From an uncultured Vagococcus sp. (GTDB taxonomy: Bacteria > Bacillota > Bacilli > Lactobacillales > Vagococcaceae): DNA of 24,000 nt. Location of the stretch: assembly GCF_963518325.1 (NCBI RefSeq), contig NZ_CAUQJB010000007.1, forward strand, positions 66,388 through 90,387. The letters run 5' to 3'. How positions within the stretch are numbered: position 1 is the stretch's first letter; each line of letters begins with the position of its first letter. The position numbers were made by a program, and so were the translations under genes. The notes beneath the pieces were generated by a model. The model was not told the DNA's origin. It made no database searches and saw nothing but the letters and a program-made list of their open reading frames with translations. This document shows positions 16,901-22,902 of the stretch, one piece after another.

Positions 16901-17038
16901 TGGGAAATGCTTGATCAAGATGAATTATTTTATTTCAGAAAAGCCTTGGAGTATTTAAGCCCCAACCGAAATAAACTAGAGACAAATTTATTAAAAAGAA
17001 CCTTTAAACCTGAAGAATTAATAAATGGACTTAGATGA
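13961..17038 (+). CDS. Large SARP/AfsR-like transcriptional regulator: OmpR-type winged helix, BTAD, P-loop STAND (AAA/NB-ARC-like) ATPase and C-terminal TPR-like repeats
   Basis: 1025 aa. The winged-helix segment is INALLYYMLVNRKVSRDELSGLLWPDMDEKNAKKNLRNTIYQANKKLG. The BTAD segment is EYDERHYQLLMRYYYEVDRHEKVIEVFYHLADVLNSELGIAPSQETRDIF. Walker A is VKGDMGVGKTSL and Walker B-like is LVLVFENIQWLDDMS. The C-terminal about 400 aa is helical-repeat with Y/A/L periodicity (AAAYDYLAEI, EAIRLQQLAI, AKIYFDKAYKIYEE). The start could instead be the TTG 18 nt downstream. Confidence 0.85.
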   Translation: MKEGETLSKVVYGQLFGNPEIFVDGKLMLFSFTKINALLYYMLVNRKVSRDELSGLLWPDMDEKNAKKNLRNTIYQANKKLGGDYICSPNKFVLSLNDELTITSDVEQFKDNPSDNLSLYDDSFLKGFYLKDCEEFDAWTEKMRSFFEKKFLNECFRNVTQDIEEKRFEMVEKKLQKLISLDEYDERHYQLLMRYYYEVDRHEKVIEVFYHLADVLNSELGIAPSQETRDIFECSVTMVNKNLVINRRFTTKFFGRIEEIQLLEANFIKFNHNEMCQSVFVKGDMGVGKTSLVNRVLDNAPYFHILETQCYEVEKSYDLRAWRKIVNQLSQLSEHYGVRPIHWQGTLDRFFPNIEDPSLDRTFADDKHIDLNALSQLLIEAIRKISHFKKLVLVFENIQWLDDMSFQLLVSVMLHLKNKEGIFIFTSRNDMNLRLVNFLTTINCYELLISLTLEPLTLAETQEFSRNELLNQTPSPDTLGELYQLTEGNFFFLTEYINMIRNNDQIDIMTVRMQDALRNRFSSLTDVEMKVVEVVAYFYDYVPVELLAEIVNLPAFELAQAVEHLVKENILLELFVSDEVMICFSHNRLREFIYMNQMVSKKLLLHKEIACLMEKSRMSNINDHLIFAKIAYHYEQAKEWLKSLDFQLRYLQGYFKFYHELFPINAIPNDRLMTNPDLWKKGTIKEFDKIRQKLEELAPVYQDDHRYLLLAIRFYNMEGRYFIRQGKYEKGLEDIHYVIRVSKELNDSHFLLEGYKQMIYYCIQIDNSREMHDYLELGLNEAIRSNNHESIGILLRLKGLNYLMTGDLYMAERQLTESINTFSITDTIKDKYSINIAAAYDYLAEIRSIEENYPEAIRLQQLAIDLCENKGAYSSLSVFYINMGVILFGNEQYSEAKIYFDKAYKIYEEFSSLWKRPQLDAYMSLINLYQGNYQAVFVYLISSKKYMERFANPRDIGTIYFAEAMIKRQLVKENHQDNKLWEMLDQDELFYFRKALEYLSPNRNKLETNLLKRTFKPEELINGLR

Positions 17039-17080
17039 AATAAGGAACACCTCGTTTTTTACACAAGGTGTTCCTTATTT
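17038..17080. terminator. Bidirectional terminator between the convergent regulator and GlmL-like genes
   Basis: 15-bp arms aaataaggaacacct (17038-52) / aggtgttccttattt (17066-80) with a 13-nt T-rich loop. Confidence 0.75.
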
Positions 17081-17083
17081 AGT

Positions 17084-18466
17084 TTACAAGGGAATCAAAT
17101 ATTTAGTGAGCATCCTAAGAGCTACTTGGGGGTGATGCTCTGCCAATAGTCCTAAAGATGAGACGATATATGATGAATCCAAATAAAAAGCTGGTTTTAG
17201 TGGTTTTAGGTGTTGGGTGTCGGTTTGAAGAGCTGCTTTCAAAATGTTTTTTGGTTGGGAACTATTAATAATGATACCACCAGTTCCGATTAACAGATCA
17301 ATTTGGCGTAAATCCTTTCCTTGCTGATAATACGTATCATGACGAGGGTGGCGTTCTCTTCTTGTAACACCGGCATGACGATCCATCCCAATTGACACGG
17401 CGATTTTAGCCATTAAGTTATCAAAGTCAGACTGGTCTGGAGTACTTGGAATAAAATCGGGATGCTGTTCCCTAAGTAAGCAGTTACGCCTTAATTCAGT
17501 CTCATCGTAGTGATGGTTGCCATAGATATTAAAGTAGTCTGGCCCCGCGGTCTCAAACAAGCTAACGGCAGAATAACGCATCCCTAAATCACCTTCGACC
17601 GTCCTTTTTAGAAATGGTTCAGGTAATCCCTCGTACAGTAGTTGCTGATCGCTAATACTTTCACATGCTGAATGAACATCAGTAGTGGCTCCACCAACGT
17701 CCACAAGAGTTATCTTTCCAAAGCCTGGGATCTTCCCACTGCCTTGAGATAAAAGCTTGACAGCATGGAGAACGGCCATTGGTGTGGGGATAATTGGCGA
17801 ATTACTTAGCTTAGCAATCTGATCAAAGCCTTTCCCATAGATGATTTTTTCAAAAAAAATTCGCCTTAACCTTTCTCTAGTATCTGTGGCTTGTATTAAA
17901 TTGACTTTTGGAAGCACATTTTCTGTCAAATAATAGGTTCTATTCATTAGAATACGTTTTATTTCAGGGGCTGCTAGACGGTTACCTGCCACAATAAGGG
18001 GAATATCTTTGTTTAGGTGCGTCAGCTTTTGAGCACAATCAAGAATAAAAGCAGTATTGCCTCCATCTGTGCCCCCAGTTAGAAGAATAACATCGGGATT
18101 TAATTGATTTATTTTCTGAATGTCTGCTGAAGAAAGGCTGTAGGAGAAGGTTTTTAGTATTCTTGTACCTGCTCCTAAAGCAACTTTTTTTGCAGCAGCA
18201 GTTGTTAAGCTATGGGTAAGACCGATAGCAACCATGTTAAAGCCGCCAAAAGCAGATGAGCAGATTAGGGTTTGATGATTAGGCAGCTGTTCTATCTTTA
18301 AATCTTCAGCCATTTTAGTGATTAGTTCTTGATAGCTATCGAATAAATTAGTCTTACTTTGAGTGTTTACCGTAATATGAGACATGATTAATTCACTTTC
18401 AAGATCAAGTAAAATAGCTTTCGTGTAAGTACTGCCAAAATCGATGGTTAAAACATTGTTTGTCAT
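17084..18466 (-). CDS. GlmL/MutL-family (glutamate mutase accessory or reactivase-like) ASKHA-fold ATPase, with no mutase partner in the window
   Basis: 460 aa with an AAAGGAG SD. ASKHA phosphate-1 motif is LTIDFGSTYTKAI, phosphate-2 is LVDVGGATTDVHS and the adenosine motif is LLIGTGGII. A LLTGGTDGGN segment is also present. Length and motifs fit the GlmL/MutL (and more distantly EutA) group as I remember it. Not verified by search. Confidence 0.7.
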   Translation of the reverse strand: MTNNVLTIDFGSTYTKAILLDLESELIMSHITVNTQSKTNLFDSYQELITKMAEDLKIEQLPNHQTLICSSAFGGFNMVAIGLTHSLTTAAAKKVALGAGTRILKTFSYSLSSADIQKINQLNPDVILLTGGTDGGNTAFILDCAQKLTHLNKDIPLIVAGNRLAAPEIKRILMNRTYYLTENVLPKVNLIQATDTRERLRRIFFEKIIYGKGFDQIAKLSNSPIIPTPMAVLHAVKLLSQGSGKIPGFGKITLVDVGGATTDVHSACESISDQQLLYEGLPEPFLKRTVEGDLGMRYSAVSLFETAGPDYFNIYGNHHYDETELRRNCLLREQHPDFIPSTPDQSDFDNLMAKIAVSIGMDRHAGVTRRERHPRHDTYYQQGKDLRQIDLLIGTGGIIINSSQPKNILKAALQTDTQHLKPLKPAFYLDSSYIVSSLGLLAEHHPQVALRMLTKYLIPL

Positions 18467-18536
18467 TGTAAATCTCCTTTCGTTAAATGAAAATTAAATG
18501 AGAAAATAATTAGTTTTTAATAAGATTTTAGAGTCT

Positions 18537-18569
18537 AATAATAAATAAAAGAATCTAAAAAACGTCAAA
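18537..18569 (-). promoter_or_regulatory. Degenerate proximal copy of the repeat-promoter architecture: TTtGAC-N5-TTAGAt-N10-ATTATT (minus strand)
   Basis: Plus strand reads aataat (18537-42), N10, atctaa (18553-58), aaaac, gtcaaa (18564-69). The spacing is identical to the exact copies. The predicted TSS is about 60 nt upstream of the GlmL-like ATG. Confidence 0.3.
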
Positions 18570-18774
18570 TAACCGGTTAGACTTAAAAAAAATTAGGCAA
18601 TGGTATCTAAACTAAAAATAGGCCCGTCCTTTAAATAGAGAAAACCATCGGATTTGTTCTGGTAATTCGTTTGTCAGTTTTTTTATGGAATCTATATGTC
18701 TAAGGGACGCTTCAAAGAGATTAAGTTCATTTGTTTTTGACGTTTTTTATTGATTGCAAAACAGATTGATGTTT

Positions 18775-18807
18775 ATTATATACCAGGTGCGTCTAAAAAA
18801 TGTCTAA
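18775..18807 (-). promoter_or_regulatory. Exact second copy of TTAGAC-N5-TTAGAC-N10-TATAAT, on the minus strand and pointing toward the GlmL-like gene
   Basis: Plus strand reads attata (18775-80), taccaggtgc, gtctaa (18791-96), aaaat, gtctaa (18802-07). The reverse complement gives TTAGAC ATTTT TTAGAC GCACCTGGTA TATAAT. It lies about 300 nt upstream of the ATG at 18466. Confidence 0.6.
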
Positions 18808-18852
18808 TTTTTATAAGAGCTAAAAAGAGGGATAGTTTTTTTAAGAAAAGTA

Positions 18853-18886
18853 GCGTCTAAAAACAATGAAATTGGCTTTTTAGTCG
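18853..18886. repeat. Imperfect palindrome built from the same hexamer: GCGTCTAAAAA-N12-TTTTTAGtCGC
   Basis: 11-nt arms at 18853-63 and 18876-86 with 10 of 11 positions complementary. Located between the divergent promoters. Confidence 0.5.
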
Positions 18887-18900
18887 CCGTTTATCAGGGT

Positions 18901-18929
18901 TTGACACGAGTTTGCCTGAGTGGTAATTT
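18901..18929 (+). promoter_or_regulatory. Sigma-A type promoter for the folT-ftcD-fchA-fhs-hutD operon (TTGACA-17-TGgTAATTT)
   Basis: ttgaca at 18901-06, a 17-nt spacer ending in TGg (extended -10), and taattt at 18924-29. Confidence 0.55.
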
Positions 18930-19042
18930 GAGAGTGTAGTAGGAAAATAGAAGATTGAAACTAAAAAGAAAGTCACTGTTTGTTCGTGAATAAAGTGTTC
19001 CATGAGTTAGGTGAATTTCTTGAAAAGGAGAGAGTATGTAAG

Positions 19043-19570
19043 TTGAAACGTACAGTTGGTTCAAAAATAAGTGCTAAAGACATTGCCTTATTAGGATTAT
19101 TAGTGGCGATTGAGGTCATTCTAACTCGATTTTTTGCAATCGAAAATTCATTTGTTAGGATTAGTTTCGCTTTTTTACCCTTAATGTTAATGGGGCATTT
19201 ATTTGGACCATGGCTGGCAGGCCTTGGCGGTATCGTTGGTGATATTGTTGGCATGCTAATTTTCCCAAAAGCCATGTTTTTTCCGGGATTTACATTTAAC
19301 GCTTTTCTTATTCCCTTTCTATACGGCGTGATGTTTTACCGAAAAGATATCAATTTGAAACGAATTGTGATGGCCCAATTACTTATTATGGGAATGGTTA
19401 GTCTAGTTTTAACGCCAATCTGGCTGAATATTCTATTCAAGATTCCTATCTTTGAGTTATTGCCTGTCAGACTATTGAAAGAGGGCATTCTTTTTCCAAT
19501 AAATGTCTTCGTCAGTTATTGTCTGTTTAATAAGACCTCCCTTGTGACCGTGATGGAGATGGGAAAGTAA
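19043..19570 (+). CDS. folT: ECF-transporter substrate-specific (S) component, folate family (FolT-like)
   Basis: The track ORF starts at a TTG at 18980. I prefer the TTG at 19043 (MKRTVGSKISAKD...) because AAAGGAGAGAG lies 8-9 nt upstream. The product is about 175 aa with 5-6 TM and has the size and N-terminal layout of an S component (DIALLGLLVAIEVILTRF). It sits directly upstream of three THF-dependent enzymes. Confidence 0.72.
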   Translation: MKRTVGSKISAKDIALLGLLVAIEVILTRFFAIENSFVRISFAFLPLMLMGHLFGPWLAGLGGIVGDIVGMLIFPKAMFFPGFTFNAFLIPFLYGVMFYRKDINLKRIVMAQLLIMGMVSLVLTPIWLNILFKIPIFELLPVRLLKEGILFPINVFVSYCLFNKTSLVTVMEMGK

Positions 19571-19645
19571 ACAATGTATTTTGTAGGTATACCGGGTAAA
19601 GGTTTCGACTTTTCCCTAGTTAGATAAATGAAAGGAAGAAGTTAA

Positions 19646-20545
19646 ATGGCAAAGTTAGTAGAATGTATTCCGAATTTTAGTGAAGGTAGAGATGAAAGCG
19701 TTATAAAGGGGTTAGTTGAGGTCGCTAAAAGTGTCAGTGGCGTTACCTTATTGGATCATTCATCAGATCCCAGTCATAATCGCAGTGTGTTCACTTTAGT
19801 CGGCGATGTTGAAGGGATTCAGGAAGTTGCCTTCAAATTAGTCAGTTATGCCACGCAACACATTGATATGACTAAACAAACAGGTGAACATCCACGGATG
19901 GGAGCAACCGACGTGGTTCCTTTTGTCCCAATTAAAGATATTACCACAGAAGAATGCGTGGAAATATCTAAAAAGGTAGCGAAACGAATTAACGATGAGT
20001 TAGATATTCCGATTTTCCTTTATGAAGAATCTGCGTCTTCACCTGATCGAGTCAACTTGGCACGTGTGAGAAAAGGACAATTTGAAGGAATGCCTGAAAA
20101 ACTAATTCAAGACGAATGGGCCCCTGATTTCGGTAGCAGAAACATTCATCCAACTGCTGGCGTGACGGCCGTAGGCGCAAGAATGCCCCTAGTAGCCTTT
20201 AATGTCAACTTAGACACATCTGATATTACCATTGCCAACAAGATTGCTAAAATTGTTCGCGGTTCTGGTGGCGGGTTTAAGTATTGTAAAGGAATCGGCG
20301 TTATGTTAGAAGACCGCAATATTGCGCAAGTTTCCATGAATATGGTGAATTTTGAAGGAACCCCATTGTATCGTGCGTTTGAGACGATTCGTTTCGAAGC
20401 GAAACGTTATGGCGTTTCAATCATTGGGAGTGAGGTGATTGGTTTAACTCCTGCTAAAGCATTAATTGATACAGCTGAGTATTATTTGCAAATTGAAGAT
20501 TTCGATTATGGAAAACAAGTATTAGAAAATCACTTATTGAATTAG
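19646..20545 (+). CDS. ftcD: Glutamate formimidoyltransferase (formiminotransferase domain only)
   Basis: 299 aa with a GAAAGGAAG SD. The hallmark N-terminus is LVECIPNFSEGRD. Also present: HNRSVFTLVG, HPRMGATDVVPFVP and GARMPLVAFNVNL. Confidence 0.93.
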   Translation: MAKLVECIPNFSEGRDESVIKGLVEVAKSVSGVTLLDHSSDPSHNRSVFTLVGDVEGIQEVAFKLVSYATQHIDMTKQTGEHPRMGATDVVPFVPIKDITTEECVEISKKVAKRINDELDIPIFLYEESASSPDRVNLARVRKGQFEGMPEKLIQDEWAPDFGSRNIHPTAGVTAVGARMPLVAFNVNLDTSDITIANKIAKIVRGSGGGFKYCKGIGVMLEDRNIAQVSMNMVNFEGTPLYRAFETIRFEAKRYGVSIIGSEVIGLTPAKALIDTAEYYLQIEDFDYGKQVLENHLLN

Positions 20546-20564
20546 GAAGAGGAGTGTCAAAACA

Positions 20565-21191
20565 ATGGAATTAGTTGAGTTGAAAGTTAACGAATTTATG
20601 CATGTTTTAGGCTCTGATGAACCGGCACCCGGTGGTGGCTCTGCCTCTGCATTAGCCGCAGCTATGGGAATTTCATTAGTTAAAATGGTAGCAGAACTAA
20701 CTACTGGCAAGAAAAAATACGCTGAGCATGAAACGATGATTCAAGAAGTGTTAGTTGAAGCGACTGACCTACAAGCGATCCTGTTAGATGCCATTGATAA
20801 AGATACCCAAGCATTTAATGTTGTTTCAGCGGTTTTTTCAATGCCTAAAGAAACAGATGAAGAAAAAACTGCAAGGCGAGAAGCAATGCAGTTGGCTTTA
20901 AAAGGGGCAGCTATCTCACCATATGAAATGATGGAAACAATTGTCAGAGGGCTTAAAGTAGTAAAAAAAGCCGTTGGAAAATCGAATGTTAATGCAGCCA
21001 GTGATTTAGGTGTAGCAGCGTTAAACTTGAAGTCTGGCCTACAAGGGGCTTGGTTAAATGTGTTAATTAACCTATCAGGAATTAAAGAAGAGGCGTTTGT
21101 TGACGGCTATCGCGGTAATGGTCAGGCATTGTTAGAAGAAGGATGTCTGTTAGCCGATGAGATTTATGAAGAAATAGTGACCTTAGTTTAG
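20565..21191 (+). CDS. fchA: Formimidoyltetrahydrofolate cyclodeaminase
   Basis: 208 aa with a GGAAGAGGAG SD. The hallmark motif EPAPGGGSASALAAAMG is present near the N-terminus, and the protein is all-helical. Confidence 0.9.
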   Translation: MELVELKVNEFMHVLGSDEPAPGGGSASALAAAMGISLVKMVAELTTGKKKYAEHETMIQEVLVEATDLQAILLDAIDKDTQAFNVVSAVFSMPKETDEEKTARREAMQLALKGAAISPYEMMETIVRGLKVVKKAVGKSNVNAASDLGVAALNLKSGLQGAWLNVLINLSGIKEEAFVDGYRGNGQALLEEGCLLADEIYEEIVTLV

Positions 21192-21216
21192 ACAGAAAGG
21201 AAGTTAATGAGATATT

Positions 21217-22893
21217 ATGACTTATTTATCAGATATTGAAATTGCCAATCAAGTAAAAATGAAACCGATCAAAAACGTGGCTGATAGCTTAAATTTAGAG
21301 GAAGAGGACTATCAGTTATATGGAAAATACAAAGCTAAATTAGATGCCCTAGAGTTAGAAAAAATGAAGGATCAAAAAGATGGCAAATTGATTTTAGTAA
21401 CAGCAATCACACCAACACCAGCCGGTGAAGGAAAAACAACCACATCAGTTGGGTTGGCAGACGGTTTTACTAAGATTGGCAAAAAAGCGATGTTGGCTCT
21501 GAGAGAACCCTCATTAGGCCCAGTTTTTGGTGTTAAAGGTGGCGCGGCAGGTGGTGGTTATGCCCAAGTTGTGCCGATGGAAGATATTAACCTTCACTTC
21601 ACTGGCGACTTCCATGCGATTGGTGCAGCCAATAATTTATTAGCTGCTTTGTTGGATAATCACATCCATCATGGTAATAGTTTGCAGATTGACAGCCGAC
21701 GTATTACCTGGAAACGTGTGGTTGACATGAACGACCGACAATTACGTTATATTGTGGATGGCCTCCAAGGGAAAGTGAATGGTGTTCCCCGGGAAGATGG
21801 GTATGATATTACCGTTGCTTCGGAAATAATGGCCATCTTATGTTTGGCTAACAATATTGTTGAATTAAAGGAAAAATTACGTAAAATCATTGTTGCTTAC
21901 AATTTTTCTGGCGAGCCTGTCACAGCTGGCGATTTAAAAGCTGAAGGAGCTCTTACAGCTCTGTTGAAAGAGGCCATTAATCCTAATTTGGTACAGACTT
22001 TAGAGCATACACCTGCCTTGATACACGGAGGTCCATTTGCTAATATCGCCCATGGTTGTAACAGTGTCTTAGCCACAAAAATGGCTTTAAAATATGCTGA
22101 CTATACGGTAACAGAAGCTGGCTTTGGCGCAGATTTAGGGGCTGAGAAGTTTATTGATATTAAATGCCGCTTGGCTGATATTCGACCTGATGCAGTTGTC
22201 TTAGTGGCTACTATCCGAGCCTTGAAGATGCATGGAGGTGTTCCTAAAAATGAGCTTGGTGAAGAAAACATTGATGCAGTGATCAAAGGTTTGCCAAACT
22301 TGGAAAAACACTTGGCTAATATTCAGGATGTATACGGTTTGCCAGTGGTAGTTGCTATTAATAAGTTTCCAACAGATACTCAAGCTGAATTGACAGCCGT
22401 TGAGGAAGCTTGCAAAGAACGTGGGGTGGAAGTCGTCTTATCCGAAGTCTGGGAAAAAGGTGGTAATGGTGGCGTAGCCTTGGCTGAGAAAGTCGTTGAA
22501 TTAGCTGACCGCGATAACACCTTTAGTTACGTTTATGATTTGGAAGACAGTATTGAAGAAAAACTGAACAAGATTGTCCGCAAAGTATATGGTGGGACAG
22601 GTGTTGAATTAACCAAAGTAGCCCGTCGTGAAATGGCTGAATTGGAGCGTTTAGGTTTTGGGAATTTACCAATCTGTATGGCCAAAACTCAATATTCATT
22701 CTCCGATGATCCAACTTTAATCGGTGCGCCCCAGGATTTCACAGTGACCATTAAAAATATGAAAGTGTCGGCTGGAGCAGGTTTTATTGTCGCTTTAACT
22801 GGTGCGATTATGACGATGCCTGGTCTGCCTAAATCACCAGCCTCTGAACGAATCGATGTGGATGAAAATGGTGTAATCTCTGGCTTATTTTAG
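21217..22893 (+). CDS. fhs: Formate--tetrahydrofolate ligase (10-formyl-THF synthetase)
   Basis: 558 aa. Motifs: SDIEIA N-terminus, P-loop [59 protein letters not shown]. Confidence 0.97.
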   Translation: MTYLSDIEIANQVKMKPIKNVADSLNLEEEDYQLYGKYKAKLDALELEKMKDQKDGKLILVTAITPTPAGEGKTTTSVGLADGFTKIGKKAMLALREPSLGPVFGVKGGAAGGGYAQVVPMEDINLHFTGDFHAIGAANNLLAALLDNHIHHGNSLQIDSRRITWKRVVDMNDRQLRYIVDGLQGKVNGVPREDGYDITVASEIMAILCLANNIVELKEKLRKIIVAYNFSGEPVTAGDLKAEGALTALLKEAINPNLVQTLEHTPALIHGGPFANIAHGCNSVLATKMALKYADYTVTEAGFGADLGAEKFIDIKCRLADIRPDAVVLVATIRALKMHGGVPKNELGEENIDAVIKGLPNLEKHLANIQDVYGLPVVVAINKFPTDTQAELTAVEEACKERGVEVVLSEVWEKGGNGGVALAEKVVELADRDNTFSYVYDLEDSIEEKLNKIVRKVYGGTGVELTKVARREMAELERLGFGNLPICMAKTQYSFSDDPTLIGAPQDFTVTIKNMKVSAGAGFIVALTGAIMTMPGLPKSPASERIDVDENGVISGLF

Positions 22894-22902
22894 GGGTGAT
22901 AG

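Noticed and set aside
13961-17038. Possibility that the 1025-aa STAND/TPR protein is an antiphage Avs/NLR-like defence protein.
   Set aside because: Its N-terminal module is a winged-helix plus BTAD DNA-binding unit rather than a nuclease, protease or TIR-type effector. Matching direct-repeat promoter sites flank it upstream of catabolic genes, and no other defence genes are nearby. A transcriptional activator is the more economical reading.
18467-18774. A T-box, PRD/RAT antiterminator target or other known riboswitch in the long leader of the GlmL-like gene, and a small protein gene (12-codon MNLISLKRPLDI; 24-codon TTG ORF).
   Set aside because: There is no T-box core (AATTAGGGTGGTACCGCG-like) sequence. 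There is no terminator/antiterminator pair with a U-tract before 18466 and no RAT-like element. The mini-ORFs lack SD sequences.
18880-18906. TTAGtC-N5-TTAtcA-N4-TTGACA as a third activator-type site feeding the folT promoter.
   Set aside because: The second hexamer is poor and the phasing breaks (10 rather than 11 bp to TTGACA). The N10-to-(-10) rule is not met, and the promoter already has a consensus -35 box. It is mentioned only as context for the palindrome finding.
18936-19042. Calling a THF riboswitch upstream of folT.
   Set aside because: The position and length are right, but I could not align the conserved THF-I core nucleotides or find a convincing P1 helix by eye. It is reported only as an open question, not as a feature.
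60-22714. Seventeen short track ORFs of 60-100 aa, each nested inside or antisense to a larger gene: 60..323, 195..389, 5805..6023, 5903..6109, 6408..6614, 8537..8737, 9923..10132, 10145..10327, 10393..10593, 10829..11026, 11919..12134, 13239..13463, 18973..19275, 20146..20337, 22101..22286, 22201..22383, 22523..22714.
   Set aside because: Each lies wholly within or antisense to a long ORF with clear family motifs. None has a convincing SD, and the translations are low-complexity or Pro/Ser/Leu-rich, as expected for shadow frames. They are treated as non-coding.
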